64,000 nucleotides of DNA from Bacteroidia bacterium (GTDB taxonomy: Bacteria > Bacteroidota > Bacteroidia > NS11-12g > UBA9320), in NCBI GenBank assembly GCA_020849295.1, contig JADLGN010000015.1, forward strand, positions 91,168 through 155,167, in the 5' to 3' direction. Positions 1 through 9,999 of this stretch are shown here, one piece after another; within the stretch, counting starts at the first letter, position 1, and each line of letters starts with the position of its first letter. The notes beneath the pieces are model-generated. The model made no database searches. It was given only the letters and a program-made list of their open reading frames with translations, and had not been told where the DNA came from. A program made the translations under genes and the position numbers.

Positions 1-609
1 AAAGAGCAAGGATATAAAGCTTTCACAAAGTCATCTAAAGCATTAGTAAAAGTAATTCATAATGGATTTTATACTGATTTCTTTAAAGACTTGAATTATA
101 AAAGAAACAAAAATTTTGTTACGATAGCATCATACAACCGCGATGCTGTATTTTACCTTAAAGGTATTGATTTAATGGAGAAAGCAGCATTAAAGTTTAA
201 AAATACTTTGTTTACTGTAGTTGGAGTTTCGCAGAAATATATTAATAAAAATCGCCCGTCAAATTTGATATTCATTCCTTTTGTTTCGCATGAAAAACTT
301 AGGGAAATTCTTAATGAAAATTATTTTTATTGCCAACTTTCAGTAAGCGAAGGATTTCCTAATTCACTATGTGAAGCAATGCTATGCGGCTGTATTCCTT
401 TAGTGAGCAACGTTTGTTCAATGCCTGACATTATTGATAAAACCGGATTTGTAATTGAAAAGCGAGACGAAAATTTGTTTTTTAATTTAATTGAAAGAAC
501 ACTTGAACTTAAAAATTTAAATTCACTATCTCAAAATGCAAGAGAAAGAGTAGTTGAAAATTTTTCTTATGAAAATCGCAGAAAATCTTTACTCGATTTA
601 CTTAAATAA
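1..609 (+). CDS. Glycosyltransferase family 1 (GT-B fold), C-terminal part. Frame 1 is open from base 1, so the gene is 5'-truncated by the window edge.
   Basis: There is no stop codon in frame upstream of the annotated Met at 91. The EGFPNSLCEAMLCGCIPLVS motif matches the GT1 E-x7-E region. Confidence 0.6.
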   Translation, partial: KEQGYKAFTKSSKALVKVIHNGFYTDFFKDLNYKRNKNFVTIASYNRDAVFYLKGIDLMEKAALKFKNTLFTVVGVSQKYINKNRPSNLIFIPFVSHEKLREILNENYFYCQLSVSEGFPNSLCEAMLCGCIPLVSNVCSMPDIIDKTGFVIEKRDENLFFNLIERTLELKNLNSLSQNARERVVENFSYENRRKSLLDLLK

Positions 610-673
610 CAACAGAAATTATCTAATTTTGGAACAAAAATTGTAAAAAAAAATCATCAAAAAATAAAAAAAA

Positions 674-1708
674 ATGAAGATTATAAAAACTATTTTCGCA
701 ACACTTTTAATACTATTTGCAATGGAAATATCAGCTCAGAAAGAAGATGGACTTTATGCCAAAATAACTACTAACAGAGGTACAATACTTGTAAAATTTT
801 TTTATAAAGAGGCACCCCTCACAGTATGTAATTTTGTAGGATTAGCCGAAGGTAAAATAAAAAATTCTGCCAAAGCAGCAGGACAACCTTATTTTAATGG
901 ATTAAAATTTCATAGAGTAATAAGTAAAGCCAATGGCGATGCACAAGATTTTATGATACAGGGTGGTGATCCACTAGGTGTAGGAACCGGTGGTCCCGGT
1001 TATTCTTTTCCTGATGAGTTTGCTCCGGGTTTAAAACATGATGCACCAGGTTATCTTTCTATGGCAAATTCAGGACCTGCTACAAATGGAAGTCAATTTT
1101 TTATTACAATTGTTCCAACACCATGGTTAGATGGCAAACACGCCATTTTTGGGAAAGTATTAGAAGGTCAAAATATAGTTGATTCAACACTTCAAAATGA
1201 CATAATGCAAAAAGTTGAAATTATCAGAGTAGGCAACGATGCTAATAAGTTCGTTGCAGATCAGGATCATTTCAACCGTTTGCTAGAAGCATTAAAACAA
1301 AAAGAAATTGAAGCTAATGCAAATGCAGGTAAAGAATTTGGTGAATGGGTTAAGAAAAATTATCCTTCTGCAAAAGTAACTTCCAGCGGATTGTATTATG
1401 TAATTGAAAAAGAAGGCACAGGTGCACAAGCTTTGAATGGTAAAACCGTAAAAGTTCATTACCGCGGCATGTTTACTGATGGTGCAATTTTTGACGAGTC
1501 TTATAAACGTGGAGAGCCATTGCAATTTCAAATAGGAATAGGACAAGTTATTAAAGGATGGGATGAAGGGATTGCACTTATGAAAGCAGGGGCAAAATAT
1601 AAACTTCTTATTCCATATCAACTTGCTTATGGCGAAAAAGGCTATCCGGGAGCTATACCACCTAAAGCAAATCTTATATTTGACACAGAATTGATTTCTG
1701 TTGAATAA
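674..1708 (+). CDS. Secreted dual-domain peptidyl-prolyl cis-trans isomerase with an N-terminal cyclophilin-type domain and a C-terminal FKBP-type domain
   Basis: There is a signal peptide ([22 protein letters not shown]). The cyclophilin motifs are [13 protein letters not shown] and [17 protein letters not shown]. The FKBP motifs are [12 protein letters not shown].., [16 protein letters not shown] and [13 protein letters not shown]. Confidence 0.8.
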   Translation: MKIIKTIFATLLILFAMEISAQKEDGLYAKITTNRGTILVKFFYKEAPLTVCNFVGLAEGKIKNSAKAAGQPYFNGLKFHRVISKANGDAQDFMIQGGDPLGVGTGGPGYSFPDEFAPGLKHDAPGYLSMANSGPATNGSQFFITIVPTPWLDGKHAIFGKVLEGQNIVDSTLQNDIMQKVEIIRVGNDANKFVADQDHFNRLLEALKQKEIEANANAGKEFGEWVKKNYPSAKVTSSGLYYVIEKEGTGAQALNGKTVKVHYRGMFTDGAIFDESYKRGEPLQFQIGIGQVIKGWDEGIALMKAGAKYKLLIPYQLAYGEKGYPGAIPPKANLIFDTELISVE

Positions 1709-1788
1709 TTAAAGTAATGCTCGGTTTTCTTTCTGCATAGTTTATAGAAATACTAAATGAACTACGTTTGATTTTTTATTTAGAAAAA

Positions 1789-2784
1789 TTATCCAAAATT
1801 AATTTCTGTACTATCGCCAAGATTTAATGTAAGGGATAATCCGCGTAAACTTGCATCGTTTCCAATAATACTATTATCAAGATTTGCATTTTCAAGGTGT
1901 GAATGTGGGCCTATTATCGAATTTTTTATTATTGAATAATTCAATATTACATTATCTCCTATTGATACATTTGGTCCTATAATTGAGTTCGAAATTTCAG
2001 AATTTTTTCCAATAAAAACAGGCTCAATTAAAATGGTATTTGTATAATTTTTTGCCTCAGCTTTTATGTAATTATTACTTTTAAGTAAAATGGCATTAGT
2101 TTTAAGTAAAATATCTTTTTTACCACAATCAAACCAGGCTTCTACATTATAAGCATACATTTTTACTCCATTGTCTATCATTTTCATTAATGCATCTGTA
2201 AGTTGATATTCACCTCTCGAAATCACATTGTGTTCAATGTTATAGCTTAGTGCATTTAATAATTGTTTGGTTTCACAAATTTTATAAATTCCAACAAGTG
2301 CCTGATTGGATTTTGGAATATTAGGTTTTTCTACAAGCCGAGTTATCAATCCATTTTCATCTATTTCGGCTACACCAAAATCACGAGGATCGTTCACTCG
2401 TTTTACTCCAAGCAAGGTGTTTTCAGAATTTAATATTTTTTTTAAATCAGCTTGAACAATGGTATCGCCAAAAACTATAATTATTGGTTTTCCATCTTTT
2501 AGTAAGTCTTTAGCAAGCCAAATTGCCTGGCCTGTTCCCTTGCCATCTGGTTGAACAACAAAGTGCGATTTTACTCCAGGATAAACTTCTTTTATGTATT
2601 TTTCTATTTTATCACCTAAGTAACCAATTATAAATACATATTCGTTAATTCCTTCTTCTATCAAACTGTCAACAATATGTGCTAAAATTGGCTTGCCTGC
2701 TACTGGTATCAGAGATTTTGGCTGTGTATGAGTATGTGGTCTTAGTCTGCTTCCTATGCCGGCAACAGGTATAATTGCTTTCAT
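1789..2784 (-). CDS. Sugar-phosphate nucleotidyltransferase (G1P thymidylyl/uridylyl/guanylyltransferase-like) with a C-terminal left-handed beta-helix (hexapeptide repeats)
   Basis: The N-terminus MKAIIPVAGIGSRLRP..PK(S)LIPVAGKPIL is the nucleotidyl-transferase signature. The C-terminus carries [LIV]-G-x-x-x-x-[LIV] hexapeptide repeats (IIGPNVSIGDNVIL...). Confidence 0.7.
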   Translation of the reverse strand: MKAIIPVAGIGSRLRPHTHTQPKSLIPVAGKPILAHIVDSLIEEGINEYVFIIGYLGDKIEKYIKEVYPGVKSHFVVQPDGKGTGQAIWLAKDLLKDGKPIIIVFGDTIVQADLKKILNSENTLLGVKRVNDPRDFGVAEIDENGLITRLVEKPNIPKSNQALVGIYKICETKQLLNALSYNIEHNVISRGEYQLTDALMKMIDNGVKMYAYNVEAWFDCGKKDILLKTNAILLKSNNYIKAEAKNYTNTILIEPVFIGKNSEISNSIIGPNVSIGDNVILNYSIIKNSIIGPHSHLENANLDNSIIGNDASLRGLSLTLNLGDSTEINFG

Positions 2785-2844
2785 TTTAAGGTCAAAAATA
2801 ATTTAAACATTTTTTATTAGCAATTTTCAAAATGACATTAAATT

Positions 2845-2882
2845 AAAAAAGCCCGTAATTTTTAGTTTTTACGGGCTTTTTT
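2845..2882 (-). terminator. Rho-independent, bidirectional-looking terminator hairpin (stem gcccgtaa 2851-2858 pairs with ttacgggc 2869-2876), flanked by an A-run and a T-run. It lies 3' of the giant adhesin gene.
   Basis: An 8-bp perfect GC-containing stem with a 10-nt loop is followed by a T-run on the plus strand and an A-run on the other side. It sits 18 bp past the stop of the 2900..8413 gene. Confidence 0.6.
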
Positions 2883-2899
2883 AATAATATTTTAATTTA

Positions 2900-5800
2900 T
2901 TATTTACCTCTTATAAGTGTAACTGTTCCGCTTACAGGGTCATCTTTTCCTTTGCCTCCATTTAGTCCCTGATTTTTTACTTTATAATTGATAATGTAGA
3001 AATAGGTACCTTCTGGACATTCGGCTCCGGTATTTTTCACTTTTCCATTCCATCTGAAGTTTTGATCTTTGCTTTCAAAAACCTTTTCTCCCCAACGGTT
3101 GTAAATAATAATATCGAATTCTTCAAGACCAACTGCGTTTACCCTAAACTCGTCATTTACTCCATCTTTTGGCTCTGGTGTAAATACGTTGTATGGAATA
3201 AATTTAGAAACATACTTGTAGCAAACAGGTTTTACAATTGAATCTCTACAACCGATAGAGTTAATTGCAACAAGTTTAATGTTGTAACATCCTGTATCTG
3301 CCCACTCATAACATGGGTCTTGGTCAGATGAAAATCCGTCAGTCGGGAAGTTTTCAAATGTCCATTCGTATGTTGTTGCTCCAACTGATTTGTTTGTAAA
3401 ACAGAATTTTGGTTTATTGGTCGAATCAATATCAAAGTCTGCTTTAACATCAATAACATTAATTACTTTTTTCACTGTATCAAGACATTTGCGGAATTCT
3501 CCAACTGGTAAATCATAATCCGGTATTAATGTAAGCTTAAATTGTCCAGTCTTATTATAAGTGTGATTTGCAGAGTTTGAAGTTGTGCTTATTGTATCTC
3601 CATCACCAAATCTCCATATATATCTTGTATAAACAGTATCTGTATTAACAGTTGTTAAAGTTGCAGTTGAATTTACACATATTGTATCTTTAGGAGCAAT
3701 ACTGAATTGTGCCGGAGCCTTAGGTTTTACTCTAATAATTCTTTTAAGTTTAATTACCAAATCAGCACTTGTATCAGGATATATAGCAGAACAACGAATA
3801 GATGTTCCTTTTATATTATCATGTTGAGTTAAATAAACTTCGTAAATTCCTTCTTTTATATAGCGATGCCCAACCGATCTTCTTGCATTGTCTGACAAAA
3901 CTTTACCATCGCCAAAATTCCATTCCCATACAGGATTGAAAATAGGGTCAATACTTAAATTATTAAATATTACAGTATCGCCAACACAAACTACTGTGTC
4001 ACTTACAGGATTAAATTTAGGCTGTGGTCCGGCTATGAATAACTTCATACTTGTACTGTCTTCACAACCAAGTTTTGTTTTTACTTTCAGTCTTATTGTA
4101 AACCATCCGTTTTGAGTATAATCATGTGATGGATTTTTCAATTTACTCTTTTGTTTTCCATCACCAAAATCCCATGTGTATTCAATTATATTATCACATG
4201 GTACGCCTTTATCAGCTACACAAGGATCTATCATTACTGATGAATCAAGGAAAGAAACAATGTTTTTGCAGCCAAGAGTCGGGTTCAATATTTTAAAGGC
4301 TGCTTTTACACCTGTTACCCAAACTCTTTGTTTTGCAGTATCTCTACATCCTAAACTGTCTTTCATTGCAATTCTAATATTATATATTCCAGGATCATCA
4401 TAATGCCATCTGAAAGGCGGAACACCTATACCTGTAACATTAAATACATTAGCCGAAATTGAGTCATCGTGTTCGTTAAAATCAATTTTCTTTGTTTCTC
4501 GTTGTGCAAGATATCTTTTTGACTCTTCCCACCATGCCCTCGGATCAAGCCAAATAAAAGGATCTTCATAAGCGTAATATCTTATTTGCTCTTTGAGTTG
4601 AATTTCTGTATTACCATGACAAATTATTGAGTCAGAGAAAGTCCAAATCCAGTCAAATCCTACATCTACTTCTTTATTTTTTGGTTGAATACAGCCTTCG
4701 GTATTTCTCAATGTAAGTGATGGGAAATATCTGTTAGGACGTTTATATACATGGCGATATACATTTGGGGTAACTTTTTTATTACTGTATTTGTTAGGAT
4801 TTTTTTGCTTTAATGTATCAAATCCAATCATAGAACTATCGCGGAAGTGAAGTTTTTGGGAAATTATTGTAGAATCTTTCTTAGTATTATCAGTATATCT
4901 ATACCAAGTTGTCCCTCTTCGGAATGTAAGATTATCTCTGTATGGTGCAACTCCTAAAGTTATCAAATCTCCAAGCCCTGTAGTATCAATACATCCAAAA
5001 CCTGAGCCATTTCCAAAATATAATGGAATTTCGGTAGATGGAATTTCAGTCATTTCTAAACCTAAAGCCTTAAATGCTTTGCTTAAAGCATCACCGGCTC
5101 TTTCCATATTTAATCCTATTGACCATTTTCTTATTATTCCTGTAACAATTGTATCTAAAACATTATCTTTTACACCATCATAATTAATTCTTATAACATA
5201 ATTATATAGCCATTTATCATTTTTATTCCAAACTATATCTTTATCATTCCTTGTTGGACTTGGTCCTTTGTATGGTTTGTAATAAGAGAATCTTTCTTCA
5301 TAATAAGTACCTTCTTTATCATTCCAGTTCCATACAAGTTGTGTTACGCTGTCCATTATTGGATCTGTAAGCAGGAATGAAATAGTATCGCCAACACACA
5401 CGCGTTTCATATCGGCTTCTGGTTGAATTACTGTAAATCTTGAATCTAAATACAGATATCTGAAAGCGTTATGATACCAAGTAGTATCAATACATTCAAT
5501 ACTATCAAGAGGAGCTGCTTTATCTAACCAACGACCATTTCCTATTATTACTCCAACCGTTACCCAACCTGGGTTTTTATTTGTTAAGCTACCAGCGGTA
5601 TATGCCTGTACAAATTTAGTCGGATAAGCACCTGAAAGTTGATAACCCATGTGCCATGGTGGCATACCTGGCAATGGAGGAGGTAAAAATCCGCCATGTG
5701 TAACCCAATTATTTTTGCCACCGGCAGAGTCAAAATTAAATTTAAGCAATCTTTGGGTACAACCCGGTTTTGTTTCCCCTACATCAAACTCCATACCATA

Positions 5801-8413
5801 AGGTGGGCTTGGAGGAGCATAACATTTAATACCTTTAAACTTTAAACCTTTTCCATTTGGTGGTAACAAAGCTAGCGATACATTAGCTGTGGCTTTGCAA
5901 CGAAATGCATGAACTGTGTCTTCGTGGTATAATGTTACAGAATTACATTGTGCATTTTTTAAATAAAAATTTTCTCTGTGAAATGCTGAATCAATATATA
6001 TTCTTGAGCTTTGAATAAATGTATCTCTTCCCCCAATAATTGTATCTATATATACTGTGCTTTTTTGTGCAACAACTAATTTTCCTTTAGTTATAACTAC
6101 TTGTGCAATTGATATTGCAGAATCTCCTTTATTTAGCTGAAACTGATCACCTTTTTTAAGTGTTTTAGTTCCTGACGTAAGAAGATATTTGTTTCCTGTT
6201 GTAATATTTTTAACGAGTATAGATTTTGTAGTATAGAAAGTCCATTTTTCCTCGCTCAATGTTGGCGTATATGTAGCTAAACCTTTTAATTTTGAGGGGA
6301 CTTTCTTTATTCTGTAAAAGCCGTCCATTTTTTCTTTTGTACTTGGTTTTATAGTATCACCTGCATAAATAAATGTAGAATCTTTTGGAACAATTATAAG
6401 TGTATCGTCAGGCACTACAAGAGTATCTACAGGATAATAGTTTATTTTATAACAAAATCTACCGTTTTTACATAGTACTGTTTTTTGTGCCGCTGTAGAA
6501 TAAAACTGCGAATTGTTATAATATTTATAAATATCATCCCATGGTGTGTACCAATGAACAGGTAAGCTATCCATACTAAAGTTACAGTTTAATCCAACGT
6601 TTTTGTTTTTCTTTGTATCTGTTGTACATTTTGGTGCATAATTATCGCCAAAAGTCCATAATCTTATAACATGGTCTTTATGTCTTTGTGTTGGTGGGGG
6701 GAACTTTGAGTTAACTGCAGTTTGGTCGCCAGGCCATTTGAAAACATAATCTTTAACTTTAGTTATTATCACTGTATCTTTACCTGATATTACAGGATTT
6801 ACTACAGGTTTTTTTACCTTTTTACCATTTACAAAATAATAAATACTATCAGCAGTAAGTACAGATTGATAGAATGTTTCAAGTGTATCCTTTTCAAGAT
6901 AAATTCTTGACTTTAATCCCTGCATTACTTTATATGTACCATAAGGATCTATACTGTCTTGTTTTAGTGGAGGTTCATAATATCCAACTTTTCTACCGCT
7001 TAATAACGTAAAATATCTGTTTACGTTTGAACTGTCTTCAAATACAGGATACGGGTCATTATGATAGAATTTAGAATTATTTGGAAAATGGACAGAATCT
7101 CTAATTACACATTGATATTTTTCATCTTCTGGTACTCTGTTAAATGGAATTTCAATTGTAGATCCTGGACCTATTTTTAATATTGGGTTTGATGTACTTG
7201 TGGTTGTAGTAACATCACAAGGACCCACAATTATTCTTATTGAAGCCATCCATGGACCTAAGCCGTAGCTATGTGTTGGTGTCCAAGATTTGTCATCAAA
7301 GTTTGCAGGACCGCTTAGTGGGTCGCCAAAATTCCATAGAAACTTAGCATTTGCTATAGGTCCGTCTTCAAGACTGAATTTTACTTCTGATTCACTTACA
7401 CATGAAGAGTCTGGTTGTATTATTATTTTTGGCTTTAATGTAGAAACAGTAGCAGCCGCACTAAATTTGAATGTTTCGGTACAACCATATTTTGTTGTTA
7501 CTGTCAATGAACCATTATATACATAAGTACCACTTTTTTTACCTGTTGCATCGTATTCATGCACGAAAACACCATTGCCTGTTTTTCCTTTCCACCACTC
7601 TGTATTTGTTACAGAGTCGCCAATAATAATGTTACTTTTTCCTCCCGGATCGCCAAAATCCCATTTGAAAAAAGCTATTTCATTCAATTTTGTAAATGTA
7701 TCTGTCAGGTTTGTAACCGTAGCTGTTGTTTTATTACATTTATGTGGTCCTACAGATGTAAATTTAACACCAATTTTTGGGTAAACTCTTATTAATTTGG
7801 CATAAAATGTTTTAGTTATACATCCATTGTAGTCTTCAGCTTCTATAGTAAGGTCAAAAAATCCACCATTTGGGTCTATTACCGAATGGCATATTGTATC
7901 ACCGCCTTTTGGGTCATTTATTGTGTATAATGCTCCATCGCTGAAAAGGTATTTTATTGAAAGCAATTTACTCCCTTTGCTTGCTTTTGTACTGTCAATA
8001 AAACAAAACTTATTACCCATAAAACACTGAGCAAGCGGAGTAAGTGCTTTGGTTTTTACTTTAGGACTTTCTTTAATTAAAATCATAACAGTATCAGTAC
8101 ATGAAGTTCCTCCCGGGCCTGTACCTTTAAATGTTACAGTGTAAAGTCCTGCTGACGTATATGAGTGAACAGGATCGCGAAAAGCAGTTGTTGTACCAAC
8201 TCCGGTTTTGAAGCCATCTCCAAAATCCCACTCATAAGAATTTAATCCGGGGGCATTGGAGTAAAACTGAATTGGCGAATTTTCGCAATTTGAACTTTTG
8301 ATTTTGTCCCATTTGGGGTCGCAGCCTTGCGAAAAACCATTTTTTGTAATTACAGCAAACAACAGTATTAGTACTGCTTTTGCTAATGTTGAGAATGTAA
8401 ATTTGTGTCTCAT
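2900..8413 (-). CDS. Giant (1837 aa) secreted cell-surface protein with multiple PKD-like repeats and a T9SS type-B (gliding-motility-associated) C-terminal sorting domain. It is a SprB-like adhesin candidate.
   Basis: It has an N-terminal signal peptide. W-x-F-G-D-[GPN] motifs recur (WDFGDG, WDFGDP, WNFGDP, WTFGDN, WRFGDG...). The C-terminus IPYNVFTPEPKDGVNDEF..NRWGEKVF..WNGK matches the type-B CTD consensus (TIGR04131-like). Confidence 0.85.
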   Translation of the reverse strand: MRHKFTFSTLAKAVLILLFAVITKNGFSQGCDPKWDKIKSSNCENSPIQFYSNAPGLNSYEWDFGDGFKTGVGTTTAFRDPVHSYTSAGLYTVTFKGTGPGGTSCTDTVMILIKESPKVKTKALTPLAQCFMGNKFCFIDSTKASKGSKLLSIKYLFSDGALYTINDPKGGDTICHSVIDPNGGFFDLTIEAEDYNGCITKTFYAKLIRVYPKIGVKFTSVGPHKCNKTTATVTNLTDTFTKLNEIAFFKWDFGDPGGKSNIIIGDSVTNTEWWKGKTGNGVFVHEYDATGKKSGTYVYNGSLTVTTKYGCTETFKFSAAATVSTLKPKIIIQPDSSCVSESEVKFSLEDGPIANAKFLWNFGDPLSGPANFDDKSWTPTHSYGLGPWMASIRIIVGPCDVTTTTSTSNPILKIGPGSTIEIPFNRVPEDEKYQCVIRDSVHFPNNSKFYHNDPYPVFEDSSNVNRYFTLLSGRKVGYYEPPLKQDSIDPYGTYKVMQGLKSRIYLEKDTLETFYQSVLTADSIYYFVNGKKVKKPVVNPVISGKDTVIITKVKDYVFKWPGDQTAVNSKFPPPTQRHKDHVIRLWTFGDNYAPKCTTDTKKNKNVGLNCNFSMDSLPVHWYTPWDDIYKYYNNSQFYSTAAQKTVLCKNGRFCYKINYYPVDTLVVPDDTLIIVPKDSTFIYAGDTIKPSTKEKMDGFYRIKKVPSKLKGLATYTPTLSEEKWTFYTTKSILVKNITTGNKYLLTSGTKTLKKGDQFQLNKGDSAISIAQVVITKGKLVVAQKSTVYIDTIIGGRDTFIQSSRIYIDSAFHRENFYLKNAQCNSVTLYHEDTVHAFRCKATANVSLALLPPNGKGLKFKGIKCYAPPSPPYGMEFDVGETKPGCTQRLLKFNFDSAGGKNNWVTHGGFLPPPLPGMPPWHMGYQLSGAYPTKFVQAYTAGSLTNKNPGWVTVGVIIGNGRWLDKAAPLDSIECIDTTWYHNAFRYLYLDSRFTVIQPEADMKRVCVGDTISFLLTDPIMDSVTQLVWNWNDKEGTYYEERFSYYKPYKGPSPTRNDKDIVWNKNDKWLYNYVIRINYDGVKDNVLDTIVTGIIRKWSIGLNMERAGDALSKAFKALGLEMTEIPSTEIPLYFGNGSGFGCIDTTGLGDLITLGVAPYRDNLTFRRGTTWYRYTDNTKKDSTIISQKLHFRDSSMIGFDTLKQKNPNKYSNKKVTPNVYRHVYKRPNRYFPSLTLRNTEGCIQPKNKEVDVGFDWIWTFSDSIICHGNTEIQLKEQIRYYAYEDPFIWLDPRAWWEESKRYLAQRETKKIDFNEHDDSISANVFNVTGIGVPPFRWHYDDPGIYNIRIAMKDSLGCRDTAKQRVWVTGVKAAFKILNPTLGCKNIVSFLDSSVMIDPCVADKGVPCDNIIEYTWDFGDGKQKSKLKNPSHDYTQNGWFTIRLKVKTKLGCEDSTSMKLFIAGPQPKFNPVSDTVVCVGDTVIFNNLSIDPIFNPVWEWNFGDGKVLSDNARRSVGHRYIKEGIYEVYLTQHDNIKGTSIRCSAIYPDTSADLVIKLKRIIRVKPKAPAQFSIAPKDTICVNSTATLTTVNTDTVYTRYIWRFGDGDTISTTSNSANHTYNKTGQFKLTLIPDYDLPVGEFRKCLDTVKKVINVIDVKADFDIDSTNKPKFCFTNKSVGATTYEWTFENFPTDGFSSDQDPCYEWADTGCYNIKLVAINSIGCRDSIVKPVCYKYVSKFIPYNVFTPEPKDGVNDEFRVNAVGLEEFDIIIYNRWGEKVFESKDQNFRWNGKVKNTGAECPEGTYFYIINYKVKNQGLNGGKGKDDPVSGTVTLIRGK

Positions 8414-8496
8414 AATCTTTTTTATTTTTTTAAAAAAGGACTTTTTGTAATAAGTCCGCTATTTTAATATTTAATATTTTAACTTTCAATATTCTT

Positions 8497-9381
8497 TTAA
8501 AATAAATTTAATAATCCTGTTTCAGTTTTTTTAAACCCTGAAATTAATTCATAAATTATTTTGTATGTATAAGCACCTCTTGGGCACATTTCGCCAGTGT
8601 TCTTGTTTTTGCCATTCCAGCAAGTATTTTTATCGTTTGTTTCAAAAATTATTCTGCGATTATTGTCAAAAATTTGAAGTACAAACTTGGTTTCATTTTC
8701 AATTATTATTCTGTAACAATCGTTGTATCCATCAACATCATAAGGTGTAAAAGCATTAGGAATCACTATGTTTTCAGAAGAATATTTACTGTCATTAGTT
8801 GATGTATTATTTTCTTCTTCAGGTTTACTATCATTGTTTTGTATAGTTTCTTTATGATTTTCTATTTTGTTTTTTTGCTCATTAACTATTTTATCATCTT
8901 TATGTTTAGGTTTTTCTGTGTTATTTTTTATTGAAGAATCAACTTTGCTCAGATTATTTTTAGGATTTTCAGATTTATAAATTGAATCTGTGTTTACAGT
9001 TTTTGGGAGTTCAATTGTGGTTCTTAAATTATCAGTAACTGAATTTTCTTTTTCATTGTTTTCAGTTACTGTTGGTTCATTATTGTTTGTTTTTTGTTCA
9101 ACAATATTTATTTTTTTATCTTTATCGGTTGAAGCAAATTCATCTTTATTATTTTTTAAAGCTTCGTAAGTGCCCCAAATTACTGCTCCCGATATTATAA
9201 CTGCAGAAATATATTTTAATGATAATATTTTAAGTAATGTAATTTTTGAAGTAACAGCAGAATATGCTCCAATAGAAGATCCAACTGTTTCCCAAACTCC
9301 GGGAGGCACTGGAATTTGTGCCCCTTCAAGCGATTGCTTGAGCAGAGTGTCGAATTCGTTGAAATTATTATTGTTTTCCAC
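8497..9381 (-). CDS. Membrane protein in anti-sigma position: short cytoplasmic N-terminus, one TM helix, an N/K/E-rich low-complexity region and a T9SS type-B C-terminal domain
   Basis: It lies 9 bp downstream of the ECF sigma gene on the same strand. The TM segment is ISAVIISGAVIWGTY. The C-terminus IPNAFTPYDVDGYNDCYRI...WNGKNKNTGE matches the type-B CTD. Confidence 0.6.
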   Translation of the reverse strand: MENNNNFNEFDTLLKQSLEGAQIPVPPGVWETVGSSIGAYSAVTSKITLLKILSLKYISAVIISGAVIWGTYEALKNNKDEFASTDKDKKINIVEQKTNNNEPTVTENNEKENSVTDNLRTTIELPKTVNTDSIYKSENPKNNLSKVDSSIKNNTEKPKHKDDKIVNEQKNKIENHKETIQNNDSKPEEENNTSTNDSKYSSENIVIPNAFTPYDVDGYNDCYRIIIENETKFVLQIFDNNRRIIFETNDKNTCWNGKNKNTGEMCPRGAYTYKIIYELISGFKKTETGLLNLF

Positions 9382-9390
9382 TGTATTATT

Positions 9391-9954
9391 TTAAAATTTA
9401 TCTTTCAGCATTTTTTGTAAAACTTGCCTTGCTTTAAAAAGCTGCGATTTTGAAGTATTCTCACTTATACCGAGCATTTGTGCAATTTCCTTATGATTGT
9501 ATCCTTCTATAATAAACAAATTTATAACTGTTCGGTATCCTTGTGGCAGTTTTTGTATCAATTCTATAATTTTTCGTGAATCAATACTTGTGATGTGAAA
9601 AGTATCTGATTGCAGTTCATAAGTTTCATCTACATTTACAATATCAGGTTGCCTGTTTTCTTTTCTGATATATTCAAGTGCATGATTGATAAAAATTCTT
9701 TTTAACCAACCTTCAAAAGAACCCTCAAATTTGAACTCACCAAGTTTTGTAAAAACTTTAATAAAACCTTCCTGCAACAAATCTTTTGCTTGTTCTGCAT
9801 TGCCTGAATACCGCATACAGATGGCATACATTGTTGGGGCAAATTTGTCAAATAACGCTTTTTGTGACTTTTGATTTTTTGCAAGGCAACCCTCAATTAG
9901 TATTTTGTTACTTTTATCGGATTGTTGCATATTATTTTTTATTATGTCACTCAA
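9391..9954 (-). CDS. RNA polymerase sigma-70 factor, ECF subfamily
   Basis: A region-2-like segment (LLQEGFIKVF) and a region-4 HTH (EGYNHKEIAQMLGISENTSKSQLFKARQVLQ) are present. The length is 187 aa. Confidence 0.85.
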   Translation of the reverse strand: MSDIIKNNMQQSDKSNKILIEGCLAKNQKSQKALFDKFAPTMYAICMRYSGNAEQAKDLLQEGFIKVFTKLGEFKFEGSFEGWLKRIFINHALEYIRKENRQPDIVNVDETYELQSDTFHITSIDSRKIIELIQKLPQGYRTVINLFIIEGYNHKEIAQMLGISENTSKSQLFKARQVLQKMLKDKF

Positions 9955-9999
9955 CTATGATGTTATTTGTTCAATTCTGGTTGTATGTATTTGAAAAAA

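Noticed and set aside
1292-1621. 109-aa minus-strand ORF inside the PPIase gene
   Set aside because: It is antisense to a well-supported CDS and has a low-complexity, Cys/Phe-rich translation typical of AT-rich antisense frames.
3232-4403. Three 75-aa ORFs (3232-3459 -, 3888-4115 +, 4176-4403 +) and further short ORFs at 7290-7795 inside the giant adhesin gene
   Set aside because: They are embedded in, or antisense to, the 5.5-kb PKD-repeat CDS and have no motifs. They are spurious frames.
8497-9381. Calling 8497-9381 a canonical zinc-binding anti-sigma factor
   Set aside because: No HxxxCxxC zinc-finger or RskA-like N-terminal motif is present. Only the gene position and the N-in, single-TM topology support an anti-sigma role, so it is reported as a hypothesis.
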